NCBI RefSeq assembly: GCF_006345805.1
Contig: NC_043011.1
Span: 45,644,464-45,708,463 of the forward strand
Length of the DNA: 64,000 bases
Direction of reading: 5' to 3'
Origin: Octopus sinensis
Lineage: Eukaryota
The notes beneath the pieces were generated by a model. It did no database searches, had not been told where the DNA came from, and saw only the letters and a list, made by a program, of their open reading frames with translations. A program made the translations under genes and the position numbers. Positions 1 through 10,939 of this stretch are shown piece after piece; the stretch's first letter is position 1; the number at the start of each line of letters is the position of its first letter.

Positions 1-338
1 TGGCATCTTGGGCAAGTGTCTTCTACTATAGCCTTGGGCTGACCAAGACCTTGTGAGTGGTTTTGGTAGACAGAAACTGAAAGAAACCCGTCATATATAT
101 ACACACATACCCATCTATCTGTCTATCTATCTATCTATTTATCTATATCTATTTGTCTGTCTGCCTGTCTGTCTGTCTATCTATGGCGGCAGTGGTGGCA
201 ATGGTGGTGGGGATGATAACTATGATACTGATTTTGAAACTGTGACTGCTTGTTTATAGAAGTGCACTTCACAATATAATTGTATGAATACAATATGAAA
301 TATGTGTATATGTGAATACACATATATCATTTATAATA

Positions 339-915
339 TACTAGCAGTATAACCCGGCTTTGCCCTGGATTAAGTTAGGATTATTAAGCTAATAAAGTTC
401 TTTATTTCAAACCAAACTAAGTAACATCGATGTCAAATGTGGGGAAAATCAGTTGCAATTGGTTTATATATATATATAAATATATGGGCAACACACACAC
501 ACACACACACACACACACGTACGTATGTACACCTATTGCATACATGATTTTTGTATGCATACATGTTCGTGTATGTGTATGTGTGTGTTGCCCGTATATC
601 AACAAAACACATTTTGCCTCGATGGAAGAAAAACAAGTCTTAACAAAAATTCACTTGTTGCTAGAAGGGGGACTTAACTCCTGTTTGTAAACAATGGTGA
701 TTTCTCTGAGTTGAAAATTGTTAAAAGTTTTGGTTGAAAATTAATATTTACTTCTATTCGCTGGTGTCTCTGGGAAAAATAAGTTGACAAAAATACAGCT
801 AGGATCATAACGAATGTCCTCCTAAAATTGGAGCAACATGCGTGGTAATTTGTGGACATGCATAAATTACATTCATGTACACACACACATCCTGCCTTTT
901 ATACATACAGATATA
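339..915 (+). mobile_element. Non-autonomous Helitron-like element with internal microsatellites
   Basis: Starts TACTAGCAGTATAACCCGGCTTTGCCCTGG and ends ...AAATTGGAGCAAC...ACACACAC...CTTTTATACATACAGAT. This layout resembles Lep1/HINE-type elements; recognised from memory. Confidence 0.45.
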
Positions 916-1149
916 TATATATATATATAGATATATATATACACACACACACATATACATATGTACATATATATGTATGTATGTTTGTACAAGGTGTAAA
1001 GGCATGTGTTTCTGTGTCAATATGTTCGTATGTATATATGTATGTGTGCATGAATTTACATCTATAACTTCATTAATCATTGTTAATTGGTGGCAATAAT
1101 TTTAAATATGATAAATGAGGAAAAATGTTTTTTATATCAAAAGACATTT

Positions 1150-1995
1150 ATTTTGTGTGTCTTTATATCCTGAGTTCATATTCTGCCAAGGTCGACTTTG
1201 GCTTTCATCCTTTCAGCATTGATAAAATATGTACCAGCTGAGCAATGGGGGTCAATTTAATCGAGCTCTCCCTCCCTCAAAACTGCTGGCCTTGTGCCAA
1301 AATTTGAAACCTGTAATAAAAGATATTAAGGCAGCAGACTGGCAGAGTCATTAGCATGCTGGGCAAAATGCTTAGGGGCATTTTGTATGTCTATATATTC
1401 TGAGTTCAAATTCTGGCAAAGTTGACTCTGCCATTCATCCTTTTGGGGTCAATAAAATAAGTACCAGTTGAGCACTGGGGTTGATGTAATCAACTTATGC
1501 CCTTCTTTGAAATTTGAAACCAGTATTAAAAGAGATTAAGGTGGTGAGCTGGTAGAAACATTAGCACACCAGACAAAATGTCACTAAGCATTTTGTCTGG
1601 CTTTACATTCTGAATTCAAATTCTGCTAAAGTTGACTTTATTTTTCATCCTTTTGTCAATGAAAAAAGTATTAGTTGAGAAATGGGGTCAATTTATTCAA
1701 CTGAACCCCTATCCTGGACGTACTGCCCTTGAGCCAAAATTTGAAACCAGTATTACTCCAAAATATAGTCCAAATGATGTGGCATGCTACCAGAATCATT
1801 AGCACACTGCGTAAAGTGCTTAATTGAACTTCGTCTGTCTTTATATTCCGAGTTCAAATTCTGCTGAGGTTGACTTTGTTTTTCATCTTTTTTGGTGTCA
1901 ATGAAATAAGTACTAGTTGAGAAATGGGGTCAATGTAAGTGATTCCCTTATTACCCCAAAACTGTTGGCCTTGTGCCAAATTTTGAAACCAATAT
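1150..1995 (+). mobile_element. Four degenerate head-to-tail tRNA-derived Meta-domain SINE copies
   Basis: Repeated GAGTTCAAATTC B-box followed by GTCGACTTTGCCTTTCATCC...GGGGTCAATAAAATAAGTACCAG, each copy ending AAATTTGAAACC. Confidence 0.8.
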
Positions 1996-1999
1996 TAGG

Positions 2000-2200
2000 A
2001 GTGGAAGACCCGGGAACACATTGGTGTGGGAGACCCAGGAACACGATGGAAGTAGGAGACCCAAGAAGACATGGGATGAAGTACTGAAGAACAACCTTAG
2101 GATGCTGAACCTTTCTGGAGAGATGATAAAAGACCGAGATGCCTGGTGCCTTGCTGTACTCAAAAAGACCCATACTCTGCAGCAGAAGTGTTAATACCAG
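2000..2200 (+). mobile_element. RTE-type LINE 3' fragment
   Basis: Translates RPKKTWDEVLKNNLRMLNLSGEMIKDRDAW, an RTE C-terminal pattern. A related copy lies at about 62735-62900. Confidence 0.65.
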
Positions 2201-2439
2201 TGGCTCAGTTGGTGTAAAGCAGTACTACTCAAAGTGTTAGTGTTATTTAATTTCTGAATAGTCTTGCTGCCAATTTGTTTATGTAATTTGATTTATTTAT
2301 CAATTAGTTTCTTCTAAGATAGAGATGCCAGTAAAATCAATAATAGGGAAATGAAAATAAAACTTTGGAAACAGCCTAAAGGGCGATAATTGAGAAAGAC
2401 TTGAAAGTCAACATAAGATTGTAATCATGTAAAGTAAAT

Positions 2440-2637
2440 ATAATAAATAATCTAGAATCCTTGTCTGGCACTGGATCAATCCCCAAATCTTATTAGTTTG
2501 TGCCAGTCATGAGGCCACACATCTCTGAAAGTTTCATTTGAATCCATCCAGCAGTTCTTGAGATATTATGTTCATGGACAAACAAACAAACACAACTGAA
2601 AACAAAACCTCTGCCTTCACTATGGTGGAAGTAATAA
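2440..2637 (+). mobile_element. Helentron/HINE-like non-autonomous element, 3' part
   Basis: AAGTTTCATTTGAATCCATCCAGCAGTTCTTGAGATA, then ACAAACAAAC repeat, then terminal AAAACAAAACCTCTGCCTTCACTATGGTGGAAGTAATAA with a short hairpin. Confidence 0.5.
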
Positions 2638-2871
2638 ACAATCATGTCATTGAAATCCCACAACTGCAAGGTAGTGCATTACTAATTCAAATCAATGTGA
2701 ATAAATAAGTATTACATTTGACAGAGAAATCTGAATGCTAAAGAGTTTAGAATGACTAAATGTGTCTCGTTGCTCTGAAGACAAACATATCAGCTGCTTG
2801 TGTAGTTATGAGCAGACAGAAACCTCCTCTTGGCTCTTCCACATGTGATCTTGTGGAACATTGAGTATATA

Positions 2872-3434
2872 TTGGGTTGTCTGGAAAGTTCATGCTGATT
2901 TTTAAAGGAAAGAAAAAGGTCAATAAATACTTGCCATTACATTTTTAATCAACCAAATATGAACCATTTTGTTGCACAATGTGTCTCCATCTTTCCTTTA
3001 ACTTGAAAATATCCTCTTCCCAGAACTGAGGTGGTTTCATGGCAAAGAATTCAAGGTATCTTTTTACGTCATCCAAGGAATGGAAATTTTTACCATTAAG
3101 ACTATTCTGCAGAGACCTGAATAAGTGGAAATCCAAAGGAGCAATATCTGGTGAATATGGAGAGTGGGATAACACATCCCAGCCGAGCTGCAGCAATTTT
3201 TGTCTGGTTTCCAAAGCATCAAGTGCCGAAAATGAACTTTCTTGTCTCCCATTTTAAAGGGTTACAGAATTAACACAGGTTATAAGAATATAAACCTTCT
3301 TCCACGAAAAGATAGCTTAAACTGTTTTCTAAATGGAGGTGTAGTCAAATCCTATTTTATGGACTCAACCATGTTCTAAAATAAGTCCAAAGGTAAGCTA
3401 CTATAAATCGGCACGAACTTTCCGGACAACCCAA
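2872..3434 (-). mobile_element. Internally deleted mariner element (563 bp) with both TIRs
   Basis: TIRs TTGGGTTGTCTGGAAAGTTCATGCTGATTT and AAATCGGCACGAACTTTCCGGACAACCCAA, each flanked by TA. Encodes N-terminal MGDKKVHFRHLMLW joined to C-terminal ETRQKLLQLGW...YSPDIAPLDFHLFRSL. Confidence 0.92.
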
Positions 3435-4473
3435 TAATATCTGGAGAAAGAGAGGCCTATATCAGCACTTAGCTGGTCCTCAATTTCAGCTGAAAAGACA
3501 GGACCAAGGTTAAGTGTGCTGCTGGTTCAAGAATTGAACTAACAATCTTATGATTATGATCCCAAGACTGTAAACTCTTGACCACATAGTTTCTATGCTG
3601 ACATGACATGGTTATATCATCACATTGCAAGTTTCTATTTAGAGTTAATACTTTCCTAGACAGTTCAGGGGCCACATTTCACTTGTATATTCTAAAATTT
3701 TGATATGGTTTCTATGGTTGGATGCACTTCCTTGTTTCTTTTCCTACCACCAACTACTTAATGGAATGTAATAGATGAATTTTACTGTGACACCAACACA
3801 AGAGAGGTAACCTTGTCCCCAGTGGGATTAAAGAATCTTCAATCAATAACACCATCTCTGTTTATTCATGGGAATATTACTATAAGGGTGAATAGAAGAG
3901 GGAGTGATGAAAGAGAAGGGCCAGGGTAAGAGGACGAGAGAAAAGAGAGAATATGATGGGAGAAGCAGAATGAATGTCAAGACCACATACCCAAAAGGTA
4001 AGTTGGTTTGCTTTATGCTAAGTGGCAAGAAGGTTAAAATATGAGAGAAAAGGGCCAGAGCTGAGCAGGTTTCTTGCTGTAGGGGGGCTACATGTTTATT
4101 CATATTTACAAGAGGAGGGAGAGAGTGATGGAGAAATATATATATGGAGGGATACATATATATATAATGAACATATATAATATATACATAATATATATAT
4201 AATATAATATATATATCTACACACACATGCACACACACACAGATACATACACACACACTCACATATACTTATACATACATATATATAAATATATACATAA
4301 ATATATACATATATATATTTATATATATAGACATACATATATGCATGTATGAGTGTATATATATGTACTTATCTTTTTGTCTATCTAACTATATATATAC
4401 ATACATTCATATATGCATGCATGCATACATATATACACCCATACATACATACATATATATATATATAATTATG

Positions 4474-5107
4474 ATTAATCATCGTATAAGAAATTACAGG
4501 GTAAATGTTTTTTAAATTTTCTCCTGGTTTACGGAATTGATTTTTATTTGCGGTTGAAGCTTTGGCTGTTATTTCTAGTGGGTGAATGGCCTATTATGGC
4601 CGTTCCTTGATTGTTGATGTTGAACTTAAAAATGGTCTATGACTATTTAATTTTTTCCCACTAGGCCGCTGGTGGCAAAAAAATTCTACAAAATTTTTTG
4701 CCACCCTATATTGATTAATTATGAATTTTCTGGTTAATTCCGTAATGGAATCGACGGCTTATATTTATTTGCTGCCTATAAATTTGGCGCGAGTGCGATG
4801 ATTTGAAAATTTTAGGTCAGATATTGCCTTGGCAGGGTCGGAAATGCCTCGTGAAAATATCTGTTCCGACCTGGCTATTTCTTACTGAAGAATCTGAGGG
4901 CCTATGGAAGATTGGCTTGATTTAATTTAATCAGGTTAGTTTACCATAAACAGCAGATGAAACGTGTGCATCGTATAAGAAATTACAGGGTAAATGTTTT
5001 TTAAATTTTCTCCTGGTTTACGGAATTGATTTTTATTTGCGGTTGAAGCTTTGGCTGTTATTTCTAGTGGGTGAATGGCCTATTATGGCCGTTCCTTGAT
5101 TGTTGAT
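4474..5107 (+). mobile_element. Retrozyme/Penelope pLTR-like insert: 489-nt unit plus 139-nt direct repeat
   Basis: 4480-4618 is repeated at 4969-5107. ATATATAATTATG at 4461-4473 and 5108-5120 forms a 13-bp TSD. Contains a type I hammerhead. Confidence 0.8.
4877..4983 (+). ncRNA. Type I hammerhead ribozyme with extended stem II
   Basis: Stem I ATTTCTTA/TAAGAAAT; core CTGAAGA 4885-4891; stem II ATCTG/CAGAT; GAAA 4959-4962; stem III ACG/CGT; cleavage triplet GTA 4973-4975. Confidence 0.85.
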
Positions 5108-5647
5108 ATATATAATTATGTATATGTATATGTATATATATATGTATATACATTTATATATATGTAATAAAAATAATTAACAAACTCAAAACAATATTTT
5201 TTGACATTCATTTACAAAACAAAAAAAATTGAAAAATGAGTTTTTGTAACTTCTTTTTTGCTTTTGTTTCTTTTTTTACCTGGTTCAATTAATGAAATAA
5301 CTTTGTAGAAGACTTTAAAGTTAAAAGCATCATTAACAAGAGTTATGACAGATGACAGAAATTTTATGTTTGCACCAGGTAAATTACATGATGGCTTTCA
5401 AGACGAGCAGGTAAAAATTTCTTTTCCATTTCGGTTGAAAAGAAAAAAAAGAAAAATAATGTATGAATAAAACATAAAAAAAATATAGAATAAAATACAA
5501 ATCAAGATATATGACAGTAATTTCTGACCAATAATATTTTATATGAAAAAATGTTTCTTTTCCCTCCCTCTTGCTTTCTCTCTTATGCATACATACACAC
5601 ACATGTGTATATAAATGTATGTACATATCTATATGTACATCTATATC

Positions 5648-5830
<183 letters not shown>

Positions 5831-5844
5831 ATATATATATATAT

Positions 5845-6033
5845 AAGGAGAGTTTATGAAAAAAACAAAAGACGAAGACAGGTGGTGTACAAAACAAACA
5901 GATGTATTAGTATAACACTCAGGAATAGAAAAAGTCTTTTACGTTTCGAGCCTATACCCTTCTACAGAAAGGTACACTGAAAAAACAAGGAGAGAAACAA
6001 GAAGAGAAAAAAAAGGAGAGTAAAAAAAGGAGA

Positions 6034-6035
<2 letters not shown>
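5845..6035 (-). mobile_element. Penelope pLTR-like repeat with minimal hammerhead motif, copy 1
   Basis: Homologous to 36365-36538 and 40765-40960. Minus strand reads CTTT CTGTAGA A GGGT ATAG GCTC GAAAC GTA AAAG. Confidence 0.65.
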
Positions 6036-6064
<29 letters not shown>

Positions 6065-6067
<3 letters not shown>

Positions 6068-6500
6068 TCATCATCATGATCATCATCATTGTTTAACGTC
6101 CACTTTCCATGCTGGCATAGGTTGGACGGTTTGACTGATGGCTGGCAATCCAGAAGACTGCCCTAGGCTCCAATCCAATCTGGCAAAGTATCTACAGCTG
6201 GATGCACTTCCTAATGCCAACCACTCTGAAAGTGTAGTGGATGCTTTTTACATTCCACTGGCACAAGGGCCAGTTAGGCAGTACTGGCATTGACCATGCT
6301 TGAATAGTGCTTTTTACATGCCACCAGCATGGGAGCTAGTCAGGCAGCACTGGCAACAACCTTACTCAAATGGTTGCCTTTTATGTGCCACTAGCATGGG
6401 ACCAGTCAGCCAGCACCGGCATCGACCACCCTCGAATGGTGCTTTTTACATGCCACTGGCATGGGTGCCAATCAGGCAGCACTGTCATCGCCCATGACAA
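6065..6500 (-). mobile_element. Retroposon tail family ending in (GAT)n
   Basis: Contains the GGTTGGCRTTAGGAAGGGCATCCAGCTGTAG-type segment and the CAACCCATGCCAGCATGGAAA...GTTAAACGATGATG tail. About a dozen copies occur in the window (for example 7615-7905, 8058-8210, 13935-14247, 35760-36075, 47340-47533, 62920-63205). Confidence 0.75.
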
Positions 6501-6556
6501 TGACTTCTGGGGTCGATTTGTTTGACTAAAGGTGGTGCTCCGGCATGGTTGCAGTC

Positions 6557-6899
6557 AAAGTCTTTGGTCACTTTAATCTATTGTAAATTTCTACTAATTG
6601 CCAACATAAGTGGATGTTTTGCATTGCATTTTTACAGATGAAACATTGGTCCTGTTGGAGCCATTTCCATACATAAGCATTATATTTTGTAGTAGTAGTT
6701 CTGAACGAAAACTTTTGCATGGCCATTTTTGGGGGTCGTCTCACATCATTCAGAACTCTTACAGCAAAATATAATGATTAGATATGGAAATGACTCCAAC
6801 AAGGCCAATGTTTCATCTGAAAAAATGCATTGTGAAGCATTCACTTATAATTTGGCAATTAGTAGAAATTTACAACAGTTTAAAGTGGTTTAAGACTTT
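6557..6899. mobile_element. Foldback/MITE-like imperfect palindrome (about 340 bp)
   Basis: The left arm AAAGTCTTTGGTCACTTTAATCTATTGTAAATTTCTACTAATTGCCAA...GTTCTGAACGA is the reverse complement of the right arm. Central spacer is about 36 nt. Confidence 0.8.
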
Positions 6900-6911
6900 T
6901 GCATGGTACTG

Positions 6912-6959
<48 letters not shown>

Positions 6960-7054
6960 CTACTCACCTATATACATTTGTATACATACACATAAAAACA
7001 TACACACACATATGTTTATGTATATATTTATATATATACAAATATATGTGTGCA

Positions 7055-7093
<39 letters not shown>

Positions 7094-7915
7094 TGTATAT
7101 ATGCATCTATGCATATGTATAGTTACATCACTATATTCATATGTGCGAGAGTGCTTCATAGAAGCGGAACAAGTAAGATAGGTGATAAAAAGTCCCAAGG
7201 TGGGGTTTTGAGATTGATTTGGTGTTATATTTAGAACACAACTGGTGCCTTGATGAGTGTCTGCAGGTGGTAAGATAGGTGCACATGTTGTGTATTATCA
7301 CAAGGAGCAGCTGCATTAATATACATATATGCATGGACATGCAAAAGCGCTTGTGCTACACGTGTCACAGACGTGACTTCATGTAATTGATAGAACATTA
7401 CTCATGATAGGAAAGAGATACACTATGAGAAAAATAATTGTTTATATGTGTTTGTATGTATGTACGCATATATTTATTCAATTTTTAGTTTGTTGATATG
7501 TGATTTGTGCCTGATGAATATGTTTGAGGTATTTCTCAACATATGAAACTATTAGCAGTGCCTAATAACATGTACTGTGTCTATTAAATAATATATATAT
7601 ATATTCATCATCATCATCATCATCATCATCATCGTTTAATGTCTGCTTTCCATGCTAGCATGGGTTGGACGATTTGACTGAGGACTGGAAAACCAGATGG
7701 CAGTACCAGGCTCCAATCTGATCTGGCAGAGTTTCTACAGCTGTATGCCTTTCCTAACGCCAACCATTTTGAGCGTGTAGTGGGTTCTTTTTACGTGCCA
7801 CTGGCAGGAGGGCCAGTCCGGCGGTACTGGCAATGGCCACGCTCAAATGGTGTTTTTTACATGCCGCCTGCACAGGAGCCAGTCCAGTGGCACTGGCAAT
7901 GACCTCACTCAAATG

Positions 7916-7994
<79 letters not shown>

Positions 7995-8209
7995 ATATAT
8001 ATAATATATATATATATATATAAAATGTTATATGTATGTATATATATATACAGGTACTACACTCTCGGAGTGGTTGGCGTTAGGAAGGGCATTCAGCTGT
8101 AGAAACACTGCCAGATCAGACTGAGCCAGGTGCAGCCTTCTGCTTCCCAGACCCCAGTTGAACATCCAACCCATGCTAGCATGGAAAACGGACGTTAAAC
8201 GATGATGAT

Positions 8210-8247
<38 letters not shown>

Positions 8248-8445
8248 CACACATACACACACATATATATATGTACCATGAAACTCTGAGTAACAATTTG
8301 TGAAGATTTTTCTGCTCTAATAAAAGCATATTACTCTACCTTTGGTATTTGAGTACTATTTTTTCCACCTTGCTTTGCATTCATGTGCTTACTCATTATA
8401 TTTTATATACATACATATATATACATATATGTGTGTGTATATATA

Positions 8446-8840
8446 GGTGCAGGAGTGGCAGTGTGGTAAGAAGCTTGCTTCCCAACCACATGGTTCTGGG
8501 TTCAGTCCTACTGCGTGGCACCTTGGGCAAGTGTCTTCTACTATAGCCTCGGGCCGACCAAAGCCTTGTAAGTGGATTTGGTAGATGGAAACTGAAAGAA
8601 GCCCATCCTATATGTATGTATTTGAGTGTCTGTGTTTGTCCCCCTGCCATCGCTTGACAACCGATGTTGGTGTGTTTACATCTCTGTAACTTTATGATTC
8701 AGCAAAAGAGACTGATAGAATAAGTACTAGACTTACAAAGAAAAAGTCCTGGGGTTGATTTGTTTGATTAAAGGTGGTGCTCCAGCATGGTTGCAGTCAA
8801 GTGACTGAAACAAGTAAAAAAGTAAAAGAATAAAAGAATA
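8446..8840 (+). mobile_element. tRNA-derived CORE-type SINE (octopus OK-like family)
   Basis: tRNA head GGTGCAGGAGTGGCAGTGTGGTAAGAAGC...GGGTTCAGTCC, CORE-like CACCTTGGGCAAGTGTC, central (TA/TG)n and AAACAAGTAAAA tail. More than 15 copies in the window. Confidence 0.85.
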
Positions 8841-9189
8841 CATACACACACACATATAAGTATGTATGTATCAATGTATTATGTATATGTGTGTGTGTGT
8901 GTCTATGTGTATATATGCATGTGAGGGTTAATCACAGGAAGTGCATCCAGCTGTAAGATAGCACCTCAATTTATATAGTTGTCCAACCCTTCACAAACAG
9001 ATGTAAAACAAATCAATGTGTACTCATGTGTGTATGTGTGTGTGCATGTGTGTGTGTGTATATTCTATTTAATACTTTCAATCCTTGGTTGTGTTGTTTA
9101 TCATCTCTTAAGTATATACAGCTGGATAGATTGTGGCACATTCTGGTGCCTACTTACTGTACTGTAGACTGTATCACACTGTGACACCT

Positions 9190-9825
9190 ATTTACTGATT
9201 GATAAGCTGAGTCAAGTTAAAGCAAGCAAAGCCAAGCTGAGCCAAACCATACTGAGCCCAGCCAAACCAAGACAAACCAAGCAAAGTTAAGATCAGTGAA
9301 GTTAAATGAAGCCAAATGAAGTTGAGCTAAGTTAAGCTAAGATTAGCCTAACCAAGGCAAGCTAAAGAAGAGTCAAAATGAGCCATGCCAATTGGAAGCA
9401 AATCAAGCCATGGCAAGGCAGGCCAAGTCATGCCAAGCCAAAGCAACATGAGCCAAGGCAAGATGATCCAGGATGAATCAAAGCAAGACAAGGCATATCA
9501 AGATGGGCCAATCCAAGACAAATGAATACAAGCAAAGCCTAACCAAACCTAGCCAAGCCAAGACAAGGCAAACCAAGCCAAGCTAAGCTAAGTCAAACCA
9601 AGATGAGTCAATCCAAGATAAATGAAGACAAGCAAAGCCTAACCAAACCTAGCGAAACCTAGCCAAGACAAACCAAGCCAAGCTAAGCTAAGTCAAGCCA
9701 AACCAAGTCAAACCAAGGTGAGTCAATCTAAAACAAGCAAAGACAAGCCAAGCCTAGCTAAACCAAGCCAAGCCAAGCCAAGCCAAGCCAAGCCAAGCCA
9801 AGCCAAGTCAAGACAAGCCAAGCTG
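9190..9825. repeat. Degenerate (AAGCC)n pentamer array with about 100-bp higher-order repeat
   Basis: Pure (AGCCA)n near 9765-9810. The block ATCCAAGAYAAATGAAKACAAGCAAAGCCTAACCAAACCTAGC recurs at about 9510 and 9611. Confidence 0.85.
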
Positions 9826-9935
9826 TTGTACATCCAAGATTCTATAGAGCATAGAAGAGTTTTCAATGTAAAGCTTGAAAGCTGCTAAATGCAAGAGATA
9901 AGAGAAATCTCTATGTTAATTCTCTGTAATTCTAG

Positions 9936-10050
9936 ACACAGCAACTCACAGCCTCAATGAATGATTACATAGAATTTGTTTATGGCTTCATATTTCACTG
10001 TCACTATCTTGTCTTGTATGCTTTAAATAGATATATCCCTGCTTCAGGCA
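9936..10050 (+). CDS. Candidate internal exon of unidentified gene (115 nt)
   Basis: Acceptor ttctctgtaattctag, donor GCA|gtattt. Reads TQQLTASMNDYIEFVYGFIFHCHYLVLYALNRYIPASG and is phase-compatible with flanking candidates. Confidence 0.3.
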
Positions 10051-10939
10051 GTATTTACATATATACATATCTGTGTGTGTGTGTGTGTGGCCATATGTTT
10101 CATGTATGTGAGTTTTGTGTAAATACATGTAAATTTGTTATAAAATAACAGCTAAGATTTTAATATAAAGGATATAGTAACATTGACACCATCACCAGCA
10201 ACAATCTTCACTTGCAAGAAATAGCAGTTAAATTTTCATTGAATAAGACTTGACTCTCTTAAAAATATGAAGGACACCATACATAATGTAATCCCCAATA
10301 CAATTTGTCTGGAAAAGATACCACACTTTTTTTTTTAGAGCCTGATGGTTTTAAATATGTTGCCCAAAAACAAAGGGCTGAAACAAAAGCCACCAGGTAT
10401 TTCATTAAACACTAATTTCTCCAGTACCCTAGGCTGGGACTTTATGTTATTGGCACCCAGAAGGATAAAAGTCAAAATTGGTATGGCGATGTGGAACTGG
10501 GTGTTAATATAGGAGAGATCAGGTGGTAAGCTGGCAGAATCATTAGCATGCTGGGCAAAATGCTTAGCAGTATTTTGTCTGTCTTTACGTTCTGGGTTCA
10601 AATTTTGCCAAGGTCAGCTTTGCCTTTCATCCTTTTGGGGTCAATAAAATAAGTACCAGTTGATCCTAGAGTGGATGTAATTGACTTACCCACTCACCTG
10701 AAATTTCAGACCTTGTGCCAAAATGTGAAACTAATATAGGAGTTGGTATGACCATGTGGTGTTGGGTATTATTCTAGGAGAGATGAGTGTTGGTATGGCC
10801 ATGTAGTACTAGGTGTTAATGTAAATGAGGGCAGTGTGTTAATATGGCCACATAGTACACATAGTGCTCCAGCATGGCCACAGTCAAATGACTGAAATAA
10901 GTAAAGAAAGTAAAAGAGTAACTGATCTAAGAGGACTGT

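Noticed and set aside
9190-9825. CRISPR-like or other repeat-spacer array
   Set aside because: Continuous degenerate pentamers with no constant repeat and unique spacers; eukaryotic context; no cas genes.
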